From: Octopus vulgaris
Lineage: Eukaryota
DNA: 64,000 nucleotides
NCBI GenBank assembly: GCA_951406725.2
Contig: OX597836.1
Location: 34,348,001-34,412,000 of the forward strand
Direction of reading: 5' to 3'
Shown here one piece after another: positions 14,755-29,140 of this stretch. The translations under genes were made by a program, and so were the position numbers. Every line of letters begins with the position of its first letter. Positions within the stretch are counted from its first letter, which is position 1. The notes under the pieces were generated by a model. It saw only the letters and a list, made by a program, of their open reading frames with translations. It ran no database searches and had not been told where the DNA came from.

Positions 14755-15175
14755 ATACCTATTTCTTTATTGCCCACAAGGGGCTAAACACAGAGAGGAC
14801 AAACAAGGACAAACAAACGGATTAAGTCGATTACATCGACCCCCAGTGCGTAACTGGTACGTATTTAATAGACCCCGAAAGGATGAAAGGCAAAGTCGAC
14901 CTCGGCGGAATTTCAACTCACAACGTAACGGCAGATGAAATGCCTATTTTTTTACTACCCACAAGGGGCTAGACATAGAGGGGACAAACAAGGAAAGAAA
15001 AACGGATTAAGTCGATTACATCGACCCCAGTGCGTAACTGGTACTTATTTAATCGACCCCGAAAGGATGAAAGGCAAAGTCGACCTCAGCGGAATTTCAA
15101 CTCAGAACGTAACGGCAGACGAAATACGGCTACGAATTTCGCCCGACGTGCTAACGATTCCGCCAGCTCGCCGCC
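14755..15175 (-). mobile_element. SINE family B tandem dimer
   Basis: Two head-to-tail units. Confidence 0.9.
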
Positions 15176-15277
15176 ACCAGCAATGCCATCACTTTCACCG
15201 CCATCCCAACCACCACCGTCACCGTCACCACCACCACTTCCATCACTACAACCACCAACAACAATACCAACAACAGT

Positions 15278-15598
15278 GGAGGCGCAATGGCCCAGTGGTT
15301 AGTGCAGCGGACTCGCGGTCGGAGGATCGCGGTTTCGATTCCCAGACTGGGCTTTGTGTGTGTTTATTGAGCGAAAACACCTAAAGCTCCACGAGGCTCC
15401 GGCAGGGGGTGGTGGCGACCCCTGTTGTACTCTTTCGCTCCAAATTTCTCTCACTTTTTCTTCCTGTTTCTTGTCCCCGACTTCCTACGCAGCCGCTGAG
15501 CCTGGATGCGCATTCATCCATCCGTCGATGCTCTCGGTATCGGGGGTTGACCTGCTTTCTCTTCTGCAAAGGATCACCTTTCGGACGAAGACCGCTAC
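15278..15598 (+). mobile_element. tRNA(Arg-like) SINE, body C + tail Z
   Basis: A box TGGCCCAGTGG, B box GTTTCGATTCC, body gtttattgagcgaaaacacctaaagctccacg. Confidence 0.85.
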
Positions 15599-15829
15599 AC
15601 TCAACAGCTACAACAATACTACCCCTACCTCCACCGTATTTCGAAAATAAATATTTTTCACCGAAAAGTGCTCAATAATGGATATCTTTTATCGTTTACT
15701 CGTTTCATTCACTGGACGGCGCCCATGCTTCAGCACCATGTTCAAGGGTTTAGTCGCACAAATCGATCCCAGTACTCATTCTTAGTAATATGGTACCTAT
15801 ACTATCGGGTCCCTCTTTCGCCGAACAAC

Positions 15830-16052
15830 TAGCTGGCAGAACCGTTAGCACGCCGGGTGAAATGTGTAGCCGTATTTCGTCTGCCGTTACATTCTGAGTT
15901 CAAATTTCGCTGAGGTCGACTTTGCCTTTCATCCTTTCGGGGTCGATAAATTAAGTACCAGTTACGCACTGGGGTCGATGTAATCGACTTAATTCGTTTG
16001 TCTGTCCTTGTTTGTCCCCTCTATGTTTAGCCCCTTGCGGGCAATAAAGAAA
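15830..16052 (+). mobile_element. SINE family B nested in a decayed family A copy
   Basis: B consensus flanked by A-like sequence (about 15697-15830 and 16060-16130). Confidence 0.85.
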
Positions 16053-16447
16053 CATATTAACGAAGATTGCAAGCAGCCGCACTGGCTGTCAAGCGGGAGC
16101 GGGGAACAGAAACAAGAAAAACACAGGCATAAAAATAAGCCTCGTTATACGAGTTAATTTGCTCTCGGAGGCCGCTCGTAAACTTGTAAATCGAAAACTC
16201 GTAAAACAGAGCAATAATTTCCCATAGCAGCAATGTTATAAATCCTAATTCATTCCCAGAAAAATATTTTAACTGTAAAATTTATAATACTCTCAAAGAA
16301 ATGGCAATAAAACAGTAGTAGAATCTGAAGAATATTTTGTGTAAAGTAAAAAGAACGTCAAGATCATTTATAATAAAAATAATTTATAATCGTTTTCTGA
16401 ATCACTTTCACTCGCACTAGACTCGCGCACATCATCACTTGTAGACG

Positions 16448-16681
16448 CGTAATCCCTCGATTATCATGGGTGTAACGTTCCAAAACGCAACGCGCTAAGT
16501 GAAAATCCGCGAAGTAGTAACAGTGCTGTACTGTGTATTTAAAAATTGTTTATAATTTGTGTATATTTAGTTTATTATAAAAGCAAAACAAAACCACGGA
16601 GGAATCGACGTAAGCTTAAATAATGAACCGCGATAGGTGAATCGCATTAGGTGAACGGGGATATGACGAGGGATTACTGTA
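16448..16681. mobile_element. Tigger/pogo-like MITE
   Basis: TIRs gtaatccctcg / cgagggattactg followed by TA. Confidence 0.65.
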
Positions 16682-16729
16682 TAAATATGTGTGTGTATAT
16701 GTGTGAGTGTGTGTGCATGAGTGTGTGTG

Positions 16730-16953
16730 TGTCTGTGTCAGTGTTTGTCCTCCCCTCTCATCACCGTTTGACAATTGGTGTTGCCGTGTTTACGTCCCCG
16801 TAACTTAGCGTCCTGGCAAAAGAGACCGATAGAATATGTACTAGGCTTTAAAGAAATAAGTCTTGAGATCGATTTGCTTGACTAAAACCCTTCGAGATGA
16901 TGCTCCAGCATGGCCGCAGTCAAATGACTGAAACAAGTAAACGAATAAAAGAG
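16730..16953 (+). mobile_element. SINE family A, 3' half
   Basis: Matches the A tail. Confidence 0.85.
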
Positions 16954-16954
16954 T

Positions 16955-17281
16955 CGCTCAACTTAGGTCTTTAACAGGTTCCAAGACTTAACTCCAAAAC
17001 CGATTTCAAGCGAAAAAATTAAAAAAAATAATTTAAACATTATTAGGTTTTATCTGTTTTTAATAAATGACTTTTAGATATTTTCTCAAGTATTTTGATT
17101 TATTTTCGTTTTTGTTTTTAGATGCTTTAATTTTTTTTTTTTTCATAAATTTTATGTTCGCTAAAACCGGTGTAAAGATAGACTGAAGTTGAAATATTTT
17201 TTTCCATTAGTTTCTTAAACAAACGACGTAAATTCGAAAAAAACTGTAACTCAAGACGACGTAAGTTGAGGTATGCCCGTA
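16955..17281. mobile_element. Tigger-like MITE relic
   Basis: ctcaactta ... taagttgaggtatgcccgta inverted ends. Confidence 0.45.
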
Positions 17282-17573
17282 TATTGATTTCCATGTCTGT
17301 TTATACACATGAATAAATTATGAAATTAGTAGATGACACCCGTAGCGAAAATGACTGAAATTCAAGCATGTACATATGCATATAAATGGATACCTATGCC
17401 AGGTCATTACTTAAAACAACAAGTGCAGTGGATGCCTTTATTCTATGTATAAAAATACCCACGCATTTTGACGACATTTTTAAAATTTCATTTTAGCTTA
17501 TTATTTATAATTTACATACACAGATGGTATACATTCAGTTCTTGTATATTCACCTATTAACACTCTGATGTCT

Positions 17574-17593
17574 GTTATTATTATTATCATTAC

Positions 17594-17632
<39 letters not shown>

Positions 17633-17644
17633 CATTATTATTAG

Positions 17645-17676
<32 letters not shown>

Positions 17677-17829
17677 CTACTACTATTACTGTTATTATTA
17701 TCATTATTATTATTACTATTATTATTATTATTATTATTACTATTATTATTATTATCATTATCATTATTATTATTATCATTATTATTATTATTATTATTAT
17801 TACTATTATTATTATTATTATCATTATTA

Positions 17830-17897
<68 letters not shown>

Positions 17898-17945
17898 GCT
17901 ATTGTTATTATTATTATTATTATTATTACTACTATCATTGTTATA

Positions 17946-18023
<78 letters not shown>

Positions 18024-18071
18024 GCTATTGTTATTATTATTATTATTATTATTACTACTATCATTGTTATA

Positions 18072-18118
<47 letters not shown>

Positions 18119-18135
18119 CATTATTATTATTATCG
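17574..18135. repeat. (ATT)n microsatellite with a higher-order duplication
   Basis: Direct inspection. Confidence 0.95.
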
Positions 18136-18536
18136 TTTTTTTTATTATTGTTGTTGTTTTTGTTGTTGTTCTTGTCACTGTTTTTGTTATTGTAGTCGTG
18201 AACTAACAAGCTGTTTAGAATAATATTTCATCTAAAAAGAATTTTAAATAAATATTTAAATAGGAAACAAAGTCTAAGATAACCGTTTTAGATCTATCTG
18301 TTCCCCCCCCCTTCCACCCCCTCCACACCCTAACTTCCCATTTGTCCCCAGTACCCATATAAGTTTTTTTCCACCGTCCCACAGGGGCGGTACTGCTCAC
18401 TAATGCACTACTCTAGTCTACTAAACAGGAAAAGAGTTGCGCCTACTGCAGAGAGAGACTCATCGCAGACTACTACCAAAAGCATTCTAAATTCACGGTG
18501 TCAAAGTCCCTTGCTGTTTATAATACATTAAATATA

Positions 18537-18627
<91 letters not shown>

Positions 18628-18629
18628 AT

Positions 18630-18816
18630 AATACAAAATGGGACAAGAACGCAAAACATCCGGACAACTTGGTGATGCAAAAAGGGACAACAAAACATGC
18701 AGATAGACGATACAAAGAAAACAAGGACGGAATATTCGAAGCTCTCTATCCTCAGTCAAGAACCAGATTATCCTCGCAATTTTGGCTGGTTATTCTTGAG
18801 ATAGCTCCAATCTGGC
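18630..18816 (-). repeat. TA-anchored dispersed repeat (also 20598-20950 and 41700-41840)
   Basis: Shared end gcgttcttgtccca next to a TA-rich tract in three copies. Confidence 0.8.
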
Positions 18817-19042
18817 ATATATATATGCGTGTGGGTCTGTGAGTATGCGGATGTGCGTATTGTGTGTGCGTGCGTATGTATGCATGTACAATGCATATTA
18901 GACACACACGCACGCACAAATACACACACAAATATGTATGTATGTATATATATAGGGAGAGTTTACAAAAAAAAAAGACGAAGACAGGTGGTGTACAAAG
19001 CAAACAGATGTATTAGTATAACGCCCAGGAATAGAAAAGGTC

Positions 19043-19078
19043 TTTTTACGTTTCGAGTCTACGCTCTTCTACAGAAAG
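19043..19078 (-). ncRNA. Hammerhead-like motif with non-canonical core (A6U)
   Basis: CTTT-CTGTAGA-A-GAG CGTAGA CTC-GAA-ACGT-A-AAAAG. Confidence 0.5.
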
Positions 19079-19741
19079 GGACACAGAATAAACAAGGGGA
19101 GAAGCAGGGAGAGAAAAAAAAATATGTATGTATATATGTATGTATACATATATCACTATATTAGCCAGAGACTTTTGGATGTTGTTATAACCCGCTGGTC
19201 ACAATTCACTTCCACGCATTGTTCTACCGTCGCTATGATATCATCCAACTGGCTAGGCGGGTTTGATTTTCGAAACCTGCATCCCAATGCTTTGCGGTTT
19301 ATAATGAACCAACTTTTAGATTTACCATTTTCTTTCAGTCTGCATTATGCTCTCCTGTCTTTTACGCCTATCTCTTCTGTCTCTATATTTACCACACTCT
19401 TTATACCCCCACCTCTCTCTCTCTATATATATATATGTATATCTCTCGCGTATGCTGCCCCACTCGCTCATGATATGTCACGTAATTGCTTTCATTTTGT
19501 TTAAAATTTCGTAATTGCAATATTTTTGCTTTCATTTTGTGATAGCTATCACACAAAAAATGCTAGCTTCAAAATTCTATTTTCTGATTGGGAAAAAAAA
19601 ATGATCAAACCTTAAACCGCTGTAACACAAGTTTCTAAAACTTTTCTAAAGCAAAAATGAATCGCAAAATGTTACATCAATAGGCTAAATTTGAAAACTT
19701 TCTCTTAGTTTTAAAATTTCAAAATTTGCGACAGCAACAGA

Positions 19742-19786
<45 letters not shown>

Positions 19787-19901
19787 CCTTTCTTTCTTTA
19801 TCTATTTATCTATTTGTCTCTCCCCCCTCTCTCTCCCGCGTGCACGCTCGTGTTCTATTTGTTTGTCACTGTTCTCATTATAAACTTTCCCTTTCTATTG
19901 T

Positions 19902-20192
19902 TTGTTCCTTCTCAAGCCATGCCTGGCTCATTAGGGCCGGTTTCCCGGTTTCCTTGGCGTATAGATTCCTCACCTGGACGGGACGCCGATCCGTCGCAGG
20001 TGAGCTGCAAGATGCAGGAGGAAAGAGTGAGAGGAAGTTGTGGCGAAAGAGTCAGCAGAAGTTCGCCATTACCTTCTGCCGGAACTGCGTGGAGCTTAGG
20101 TGTTTACACACACATCGCCCGGTCTGAGATTCGAACAAGCGATCCATCGACCGCGAGTCCGCTGCTCTAACCACTAGTCTATGTGCCTCCAC
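19902..20192 (-). mobile_element. tRNA SINE, body C + V-domain-like tail
   Basis: Head and body as at 15278; tail cctgcgacggatcggcgtcccgtccagg resembles the V-SINE domain. Confidence 0.8.
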
Positions 20193-20241
20193 TTCCTTCT
20201 CTATACACACACATCTCTCTCTCTCTATCTCTCTCTCTCTA

Positions 20242-20369
<128 letters not shown>

Positions 20370-20858
20370 CATACATATATATATATATATATGTATATAT
20401 TCACCACATTTTCTCTAACTCTTTCAATGTATATGTATATCACTCACGTTGTGTGTGTGTGTGTGCGCGCGCGTGTAAGCGTGCGTGTGCGTGCGTGTGC
20501 GTGCGTGTGTGTCTTAATTACATTTTTAATTCGTAATACACAAAATATGACACTTCACTCGAAATGTATATACATTTCCTGTATGTATATATATATAAAT
20601 ACAAAATGGGACAAGAACGCAAAACATTCAAATAGACGATACAAAAAACACGGACGGGTCATTCGAAGCCTCTAATCTTCAGTCAAGAACCGGATCATCC
20701 TCGCAATTTCGGCTGATTAATCTTGAGATTGCTCCGATCTGGCCAGCCCCAAGGAAAAACTAAGCTACGAGCATTAGATTTCTTGGAAAAAGGATAGAAT
20801 GTATACGAAACAAGGACAGAAAAACGGACGATGTTACACGAATATAAATACAAAAAAC

Positions 20859-20931
<73 letters not shown>

Positions 20932-21139
20932 GGACATAACAACAGGCGTCTTATATATATATATAAACCATGCCTAGAAATAGTAGTCAAAACCGCCATA
21001 TTATCGGATTCTTTTATGAAATATTTTTTAATTGCATGTTCTGACCATTCGTATATTCTTGGATGATCTTTAATTCTCTACAATATATACTACGTAAAGT
21101 ATTTTTACATTCATTCCTCCTATATACACACATACATAA

Positions 21140-21210
21140 TACATATACATATACATACATACATACATACATACATGCATGCATACATGCATACATACAT
21201 GCATACATAC

Positions 21211-21244
<34 letters not shown>

Positions 21245-21285
21245 ATATATATACATATACATACATATACATATACATACATACA

Positions 21286-21317
<32 letters not shown>

Positions 21318-21710
21318 CATACATACAAACATACATACATACATATATACATACATACATACGTACGTACGTACGTACGTACATACATACATACATAATA
21401 CATACATACATACATACATTATGGCTGCCCCCTCGTTATCGAGTATGGCCATTGCACGAAGCTTAACTGTTACTGGTGCTGTGATCGAATGTGACTTTTT
21501 AGCCCAGCTAAAGATCTACACACACACATACATACATACATACACATATACATACATACATACATACATACATACATACATACATACATACACACATGCA
21601 TACATACATACATATATACATACATATATACATACATACATACATACATACATACACACATACATACATACATACATACACACATACATACATACATACA
21701 TACATATATA
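21140..21710. repeat. (CATA)n compound microsatellite
   Basis: Direct inspection. Confidence 0.95.
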
Positions 21711-22087
21711 ACGGGAAGCTTTATGAAAATAGACAAAAGACGAAGGCAGGTGGAAAACAAACAAACAATTGTATTAGTATGGCGCTCAGGAAATATAAAT
21801 ACATATATACATACATATATATACATACTGTATGTGGTGCTAAGTTATCGTAAATTTAGATCAGCATAAATGAATTATTAACACTCCTGTGACTTTTGGA
21901 TCACCATATATATATATATATATATATATTTATATTTAGACATATGTACAATAAATACACACACACACACACACACACACACAAGCGCATCAAGCAATGG
22001 AAAGTACATAATACTCGTTTATCACAACCAATGTAAGATATACGGGTTTGTAGTGGCCCTCCAATCGTCAGGCAGACGTCATATATC

Positions 22088-22125
22088 TTGTCTGATGATC
22101 GGTTACATGAACCTGTGAATAACAG
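22088..22125 (+). ncRNA. Decayed hammerhead-like motif
   Basis: TTGT-CTGATGA-TCGGTTACAT-GAAC..-ACAG; A15.1 lost. Confidence 0.4.
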
Positions 22126-22259
22126 TTAAGATGTTTCTCAACCTCCACAATAAGAATATGTATGCTTAGTCAGGCTTTCCTTATGACAACTTTATTGAAC
22201 AAAGCCTATAACCCACTCCGGCTCTGAAATCATAAACATAGGTATAGTGTAGAATATAG

Positions 22260-22644
22260 CGGGTGTGTATGTATCATGTATATGCGTATATGCATGTGTG
22301 TGTGTGTGCATGTATGTATACATGCACATACATATGGTTGTTAGATTTCTATATATACAGACAAATAATTTTTGCATATAAATATATGTATATTTATAAT
22401 GCATATATGTGTGGCTGTGTGTATGCATGTGATATGTATATATATATATATGTATGTATGTATGTATATATATATATGTATATATATGTATATATATATA
22501 TGTATATATATATATGTATGTATATATATGTATACATATATATATATATATGCATATATATGTATATATATATATATTATATATATATATATATACACAC
22601 ATACATGCATATATGTGTGTTTGTATACATTTATATGTATGCAA

Positions 22645-22711
<67 letters not shown>

Positions 22712-23038
22712 TACATACAGACACATGTATATTAACATACATGAATACGCCTACATATACCTACATACATACATATATACATATATGTATGTATACATGC
22801 ATACATGCATACATACGTCCATATACACCTACGTACAACATACATAAATACATACACATATGCATACATACATACATACACATATGCATGCATACATACA
22901 CACACATACATACATACATACATACATGCATACATACATACATACATACATACATACATACATACATACATACATACATACATACATACATACATACATA
23001 CATACATACATACATACATACATACATACATACATACA

Positions 23039-23068
<30 letters not shown>
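22260..23068. repeat. (TA)n/(CATA)n compound microsatellite
   Basis: Direct inspection. Confidence 0.95.
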
Positions 23069-23069
<1 letters not shown>

Positions 23070-23688
23070 GAAGGAGAAATGTTGTTGACTCAAAAAGGTA
23101 TTCTCTTACAAGACCCTCAAGTCATTAAACGGTTCGGTGAAAGTGTGAGTTGGAAAAAAAGAATAATACAAAAGAATAATATAATATACATGATAGAAAA
23201 ACAATAACAACAAGGAGCGGAGGAAGAACAAAAAAAAGCCCCATGGTTAGCTGTAGGGAATGTTGCAAGATGTTAAATACTAAATGCCGAGCAATGAAGC
23301 GTGAAGTGAAACTGGAATATAGAAGATGAATGAGGGCAGATGAGGGTGAAAAGAAAACACAAGACGTAGATACAGTCGAGTGGTTTAATGCTTATCTTTG
23401 TGTTTCGTCGCATTCCTCTGAACATTGGACAAAAGATAATAAATTATCAACAAAAAAAAAAAAAATCCCAATTCAAACATATATATTCCGAGCGCTCTGT
23501 TGTTTTTGCTGCTGCTGCTGTTTGCAGTTCTTGTTTTTGATGTTGTTATTTTGGTGTTGTTGTTGTTGCTGTTGTTTTTGTTGCTGTGGCTGTTCTTTAG
23601 CTCCAGGTGAATCCAGACGGATTAATTGACTGATAGCGAAAGGCATGCCGGTTTTTAAGCAACCCCCGTTATTCTATTCAGACATGAT

Positions 23689-23860
23689 AGGCGTAGGAGT
23701 GGCTGTGTGGTAAGTAGCTTGCTTACCAACCTCATGGTTCCGGGTTCAGTCCCACTGCGTGGCACCTTGGGCAAGTGTCTTCTACTATACTCTCGGGCCG
23801 ACGAAAGCCTTGTGAGTGGATTTGGTAGACGGAAACTGAAAGAAGCCCGTCGTATATATG

Positions 23861-23948
<88 letters not shown>

Positions 23949-24170
23949 TGTATTTGTTTGTGTGTCTGTGTTTGTCCACCTAGCATTGCTTGACAACCGA
24001 TGCTGGTGTGTTTATGTCCCCGTTACTTAGCAGTTCGGCAAAAGAGACCGATAGAATAAGTACTGGACTTACAAAAGAATAAGTCCCGGGGTCGAGTTGC
24101 TCGATTAAAGGCGGTGTTCCAGCATGGCCGCAGTCAAATGACTGAAACAAGTAAAAGAGTAAAAGAATAA
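23689..24170 (+). mobile_element. SINE family A, full length
   Basis: Matches A; internal (TA)n of about 90 bp. Confidence 0.92.
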
Positions 24171-24295
24171 AGAGAGATATATCTAGGACTACATTTCACA
24201 ATATGTTCATCCTTGTTAAAGTTATTGCCCCATTTTTTTAGGTATATTATCGTCTTTGTTTAGTCCCAGGTAAGCCATGATTGATCAGAACACAT

Positions 24296-24530
24296 TTGAT
24301 AAAATCATTCCAGCCGTGACTATCCTATCAGTTTTCTTTCTTTATTTGTGCCTTCAACTCCTTGTCGAGTCTTATGGGTTCCGTCACGACTTACGGTCAG
24401 TGGCGTAGCTAGAGTATGTGCCGCCCAGAGAAGCACTTGAGTTTGTAGCTCCGTCTCCAATACCGACTTTTACGACAGACCCAAAGGTGCCGGCGCCATA
24501 AAAGTATCGCAAGGACTGGAAACAAGAGGG

Positions 24531-24584
<54 letters not shown>

Positions 24585-24702
24585 GGCACATACTCTATCT
24601 ACGACACTGATCGTAAGTCGTGACGGAACCCATACGACTCGACAAGGCACAAATAAAGAAAGAAAACTGATAGGATAGTCACGGCTGGAATGATTTTATC
24701 AA
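24296..24702. repeat. Inverted repeat (24296-24423 vs 24584-24702)
   Basis: About 119-bp reverse complement with about 4 substitutions and a 9-bp indel. Confidence 0.9.
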
Positions 24703-24912
24703 TATATATATATATATATTTAAAATATACATATATTTAAAATAATATAAATTAATTAATTTTATGTATTGGCTTAAGTTTTTCATTGTTTGATTTGCCT
24801 AATAGTGGTTTTATCTCTAATTTAATATAATATAATATTTTACTATAAAATTGGATTCAATCCTAAATCTGATTTTTCCCTGTAAGTTTGGATTTATTCC
24901 CTAATATTTTAT

Positions 24913-24987
<75 letters not shown>

Positions 24988-25207
24988 GAAAAAGCCTAGT
25001 AGGTATTTTGATAAAATCACAAATTTTAGGAAAATAAAAATAAGAAATAAGTTGAAATTTTACTCACATAATGTGTTACATTATAAGGCACAAAAAGAAA
25101 ATTACTCTCCCCAGACACAACAGAATAAAATCACAAACCTATATTGAAATAAAGGCTTCCATTGGTCACGTTTACCATAATTCTACACATATATACGCAA
25201 TTGCTAA

Positions 25208-25739
<532 letters not shown>

Positions 25740-25878
25740 TGATGATGATGATGATTATGATTATAATAACATATTTTAAAAGGATTGATGTAAGTCCTCA
25801 CAAAGTTAAATAGACAATACGGAGAGCGCTTTGAATTTGAATTTTTGTAATTTTGAATTTCTCTGTATCACTTTTCAT

Positions 25879-25923
25879 TTTGAACTCGACAACGACAGAC
25901 AAGCTGTCGAAATATTGTTCAAA
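25879..25923 (+). ncRNA. Hammerhead motif with U3-A8 pair and U4C
   Basis: TTTGAAC-TCGACAA-C-GACAG ACAAG CTGTC-GAA-ATAT-T-GTTCAAA; perfect 7-bp helix I and 5-bp helix II. Confidence 0.8.
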
Positions 25924-25967
25924 CCAATAAAATACTTATTGCAATCGCATCGCGGTCTTCGTATTGC

Positions 25968-26562
25968 AGAAGAAGAAGAAGAAGAAGAAGAAGAAGAAGA
26001 AGAAGAAGAAGAAGAAGAAGAAGAAGAAGAAGAAGAAGAAGAAAAATAAGAAGAAGACGAAGAAGAAGAAGAAGAAGAAGAAGAAGAAAGACGAGGAGAA
26101 GAAGAAGAAGAAGAAGAAGAAGAAGAAGAAGAGGGGAAAGAAGGAGGAGGAAAGATGAGGAGGAGAAGAAGAGAAAGAAGAAGAAGAAGAAGAAGAAGAA
26201 GAGGGGGAAGAAGGAGGACAAAGATGAGGAGGAGAAGAAGAGAAAGAAGAAGAAGAAGAAGAAGAAGAAGAGGGGGAAGAAGGAGGACAAAGATGAGGAG
26301 GAGAAGAAGAGAAAGAAGAAGAAGAAGAAGAAGAAGAAGAAGAAGAGGAGGAGAAGAAGAAGAAGAAGGAGCAGAAAGATGAGAAGGAGAAGAAGAAGGA
26401 GAAAGATGAGGAGGAGGAGAAGAGAAAGATGAAGAAGAAGAAGAAGAAGAAGAAGGAGAGGAGGAGGAGGAGGAGAAGAAGAAGAAGAAGAAGATGATGA
26501 TGAAGAAGAAGAAGGAGGAGGAGGAGAAGAAGAAGAAGAAGAAGAAGAAGAAGAAGAAGAAG
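25968..26562. repeat. (GAA)n microsatellite with a higher-order unit of about 69 bp
   Basis: Direct inspection. Confidence 0.95.
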
Positions 26563-26597
26563 AATATGCTTCAACACACGAACTCACATAAAGTATA

Positions 26598-27017
26598 CTC
26601 TTTTACTCTCTTTTATTTGTTTCAGTCATGTGACTGTGGCCATGCTGGAGCACCGCCTTTTGTCGAGGAACTCGACCCCAGAGCTTATTGTTTGTAAGCC
26701 TAGTACTTGTTCTATCGGTCTCTTTTGCCGAACCGCTAAGTTACGGGGACATAAACACACCAGCATCGGTTGTCAAGCGATGTTAGGGAACAAGCAGACA
26801 TACAAACACATACACATATATATACATATACATATACATATACATATATACGACGGGCTTCTTTCAGTTTCCGTCTACCAAATCCAACCACAAGGCTTTG
26901 GTCGGCCCGAGGCTATAGCAACAGTCACTTGCCAAAGTTGCCACGCAGTGGGACTGAACCCGGACCCATGTGGTTGGTCAGCAAGCTATTTATTTACCAC
27001 ACAGCGACTCCTGCGCC
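26598..27017 (-). mobile_element. SINE family A, full length
   Basis: Matches A. Confidence 0.92.
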
Positions 27018-27269
27018 GGGTATCTTGCAAACCAAATCCAAAAACGAAAAAATACTTCATATATAGAAAATAATACGGGCGAGGTACTTCTCACATAAAT
27101 TACACAGAACATAGCGAAAAAAACCCACAAAATTGAAACAAAGCACTGTAGTGAAAATACTCAATAAAAATAAGAATACTGAATAATGATGATGATTATA
27201 ATGATGATGACGACGATGATAATGATGATGATGTCGATAAGAATTCTTTTTTGAGGCGCAAAGCTGCAC

Positions 27270-27770
27270 ATTTGAACTTAGAACGTAATGAAGAACGAAA
27301 TGCCTATTTCTTTACTACCCACAAGGGGCTAAATACAGAGAGGACAAATAAGGACAGACAAATGGATTAAGTCGATTATATCGACCCCAGTGCGTAACTG
27401 GTACTTATTTAATCGACCCCGAAAGGATGAAAGGCAATGTCGACCTCGGCGGAATTTGAACTCACAACGTAACGGCAGCCGAAATACCTATTTCTTTACT
27501 ACCCACAAGGGGCTAAACACAGAGGGACAAACAAGGACAGACAAACGGATAAAGTCGATTATATCGACCCCAGTGCGTAACTGGTACTTATTTAATTGAC
27601 CCCGAAAGGATGAAAGGCAATGTCGACCTCGGTGGAATTTGAACCCAGAACGTAACGGCAGACGAAATACCGCTCAGCATTTCGCCCGGCGTGCTAACGG
27701 TTCTGCCAGCTCGCCAAACGAAATGCCGTTAAGCTTTGTGCCCGGCATGCTAACGATTGTGTCAGCTCGC
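27270..27770 (-). mobile_element. SINE family B tandem array (2 units plus partials)
   Basis: Head-to-tail units. Confidence 0.9.
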
Positions 27771-27780
27771 TGACTTATGT

Positions 27781-27811
27781 AACAACAACAACAACAACTA
27801 TGATGATGATA

Positions 27812-27845
<34 letters not shown>

Positions 27846-27878
27846 GGATGATGATGGTGGTGGTGGTGGTGGTGGTGG

Positions 27879-27930
<52 letters not shown>

Positions 27931-27980
27931 GGTGGTGATGATGATGATGATGGTGATGGTGATGGTGATGGTGATGATGA

Positions 27981-28014
<34 letters not shown>

Positions 28015-28078
28015 GGTAGTGGTGGTGGTGATTGTGATGGTGATGGTGATGGTGATGGTGATGATGATGATGATGATA
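27781..28078. repeat. (GAT)n/(GGT)n microsatellite
   Basis: Direct inspection. Confidence 0.95.
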
Positions 28079-28614
28079 ACTGTCCCTGTGAAACGCTTAA
28101 CGAGAGCACCGGAAGATCTTTAACGAGAGCACCGCAAAAATCATTTAAAGAGAATACCAGGAGACATTTCACATCGTGCACCGTGAGATATTTTCACAAC
28201 GTGAGAACGCCACTTCAATGCCCAGCATATTAACCAATAACACTGACCAAAAAAAAACCCCAAAAAACAACAAATTAAATCAAGAAAATAATGAAGAAAA
28301 TGTGAGAAAACTATGGGTAAGACATTAATTTATTAGTAAAATGTTATTGAACTTCCTCTCTTATATGTAATGTTTATACTAGTTGGTGATTATCCTTTCT
28401 GGGTAAAAACGGAAACCGAGCATAAATCAAACCGATATTGCAGTAATCTATAAGTCAACCGCAGTGCAAGGGGATTAAGCTAATAGTCAGATATGCACAA
28501 CATAGGCATTCAATCCGTAATATTTACCGAAGAAATGCACCATCTTTGTTAAAGTACATTTGGAACTTAACGGTTATTATTATCAATATAAATATAAATA
28601 TAAATATAAATAGG

Positions 28615-28690
<76 letters not shown>

Positions 28691-28720
28691 TAGTAATAAT
28701 AATAATAACAATAACAATAA

Positions 28721-29140
28721 TGTGATCATAATATCTCGGCGAAAGAGTTTGACAAGCTCAGAAAATATAAAGACCTGCTCATTGAAATTGAGAAAATGTG
28801 ACATCTCAAGGCAGTTACAATACCAGTGATCGTAGGAGCACTAGGAATGATCAAGAAGGGAACCGAAAATTATATGAGAATGATTCCTGGCTTACCATCC
28901 CTGCAAGAAGTGCAAAAGATTGTTTTAACTGGTACATCACACGTATTGAGAAGAGCATTGTCGTTGTGAGAACTATTACTACCCATGTATTTTAATTTAA
29001 CTTTAAAAAAAAAAAATGAACGAACTATTGAGTTTAATTTAATGGCCTACCAATGTATACTATGAGTTTCTTTGCCCTAGGAGTCGGGAAGACACTCGGC
29101 AAGAAATGGAAGCAAATTTGAAAGAAGAAGAAAAAAAAAA
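28721..29140 (+). mobile_element. 5'-truncated R4/Dong-like LINE (restriction-like endonuclease C-terminus plus 3' UTR) in (TAA)n
   Basis: Frame from 28721 reads DHNISAKEFDKLRKYKDLLIEIEKM*HLKAVTIPVIVGALG...LQEVQKIVLTGTSHVLRRAL*; (TAA)n on both sides. Confidence 0.85.

Noticed and set aside
18430-18475. Minus-strand GCGATGA-stem-GCAA motif (similar cases at 49070-49112, 49405-49445, 62655-62745)
   Set aside because: Too many core mismatches and no helix I; may be decayed HHRs but were not counted.
20660-20760. Hammerhead in the 18630/20598/41700 family
   Set aside because: CTGAAGA is followed by GAAT, and the GGCTG/CAGCC-GAAA stem has no upstream core.
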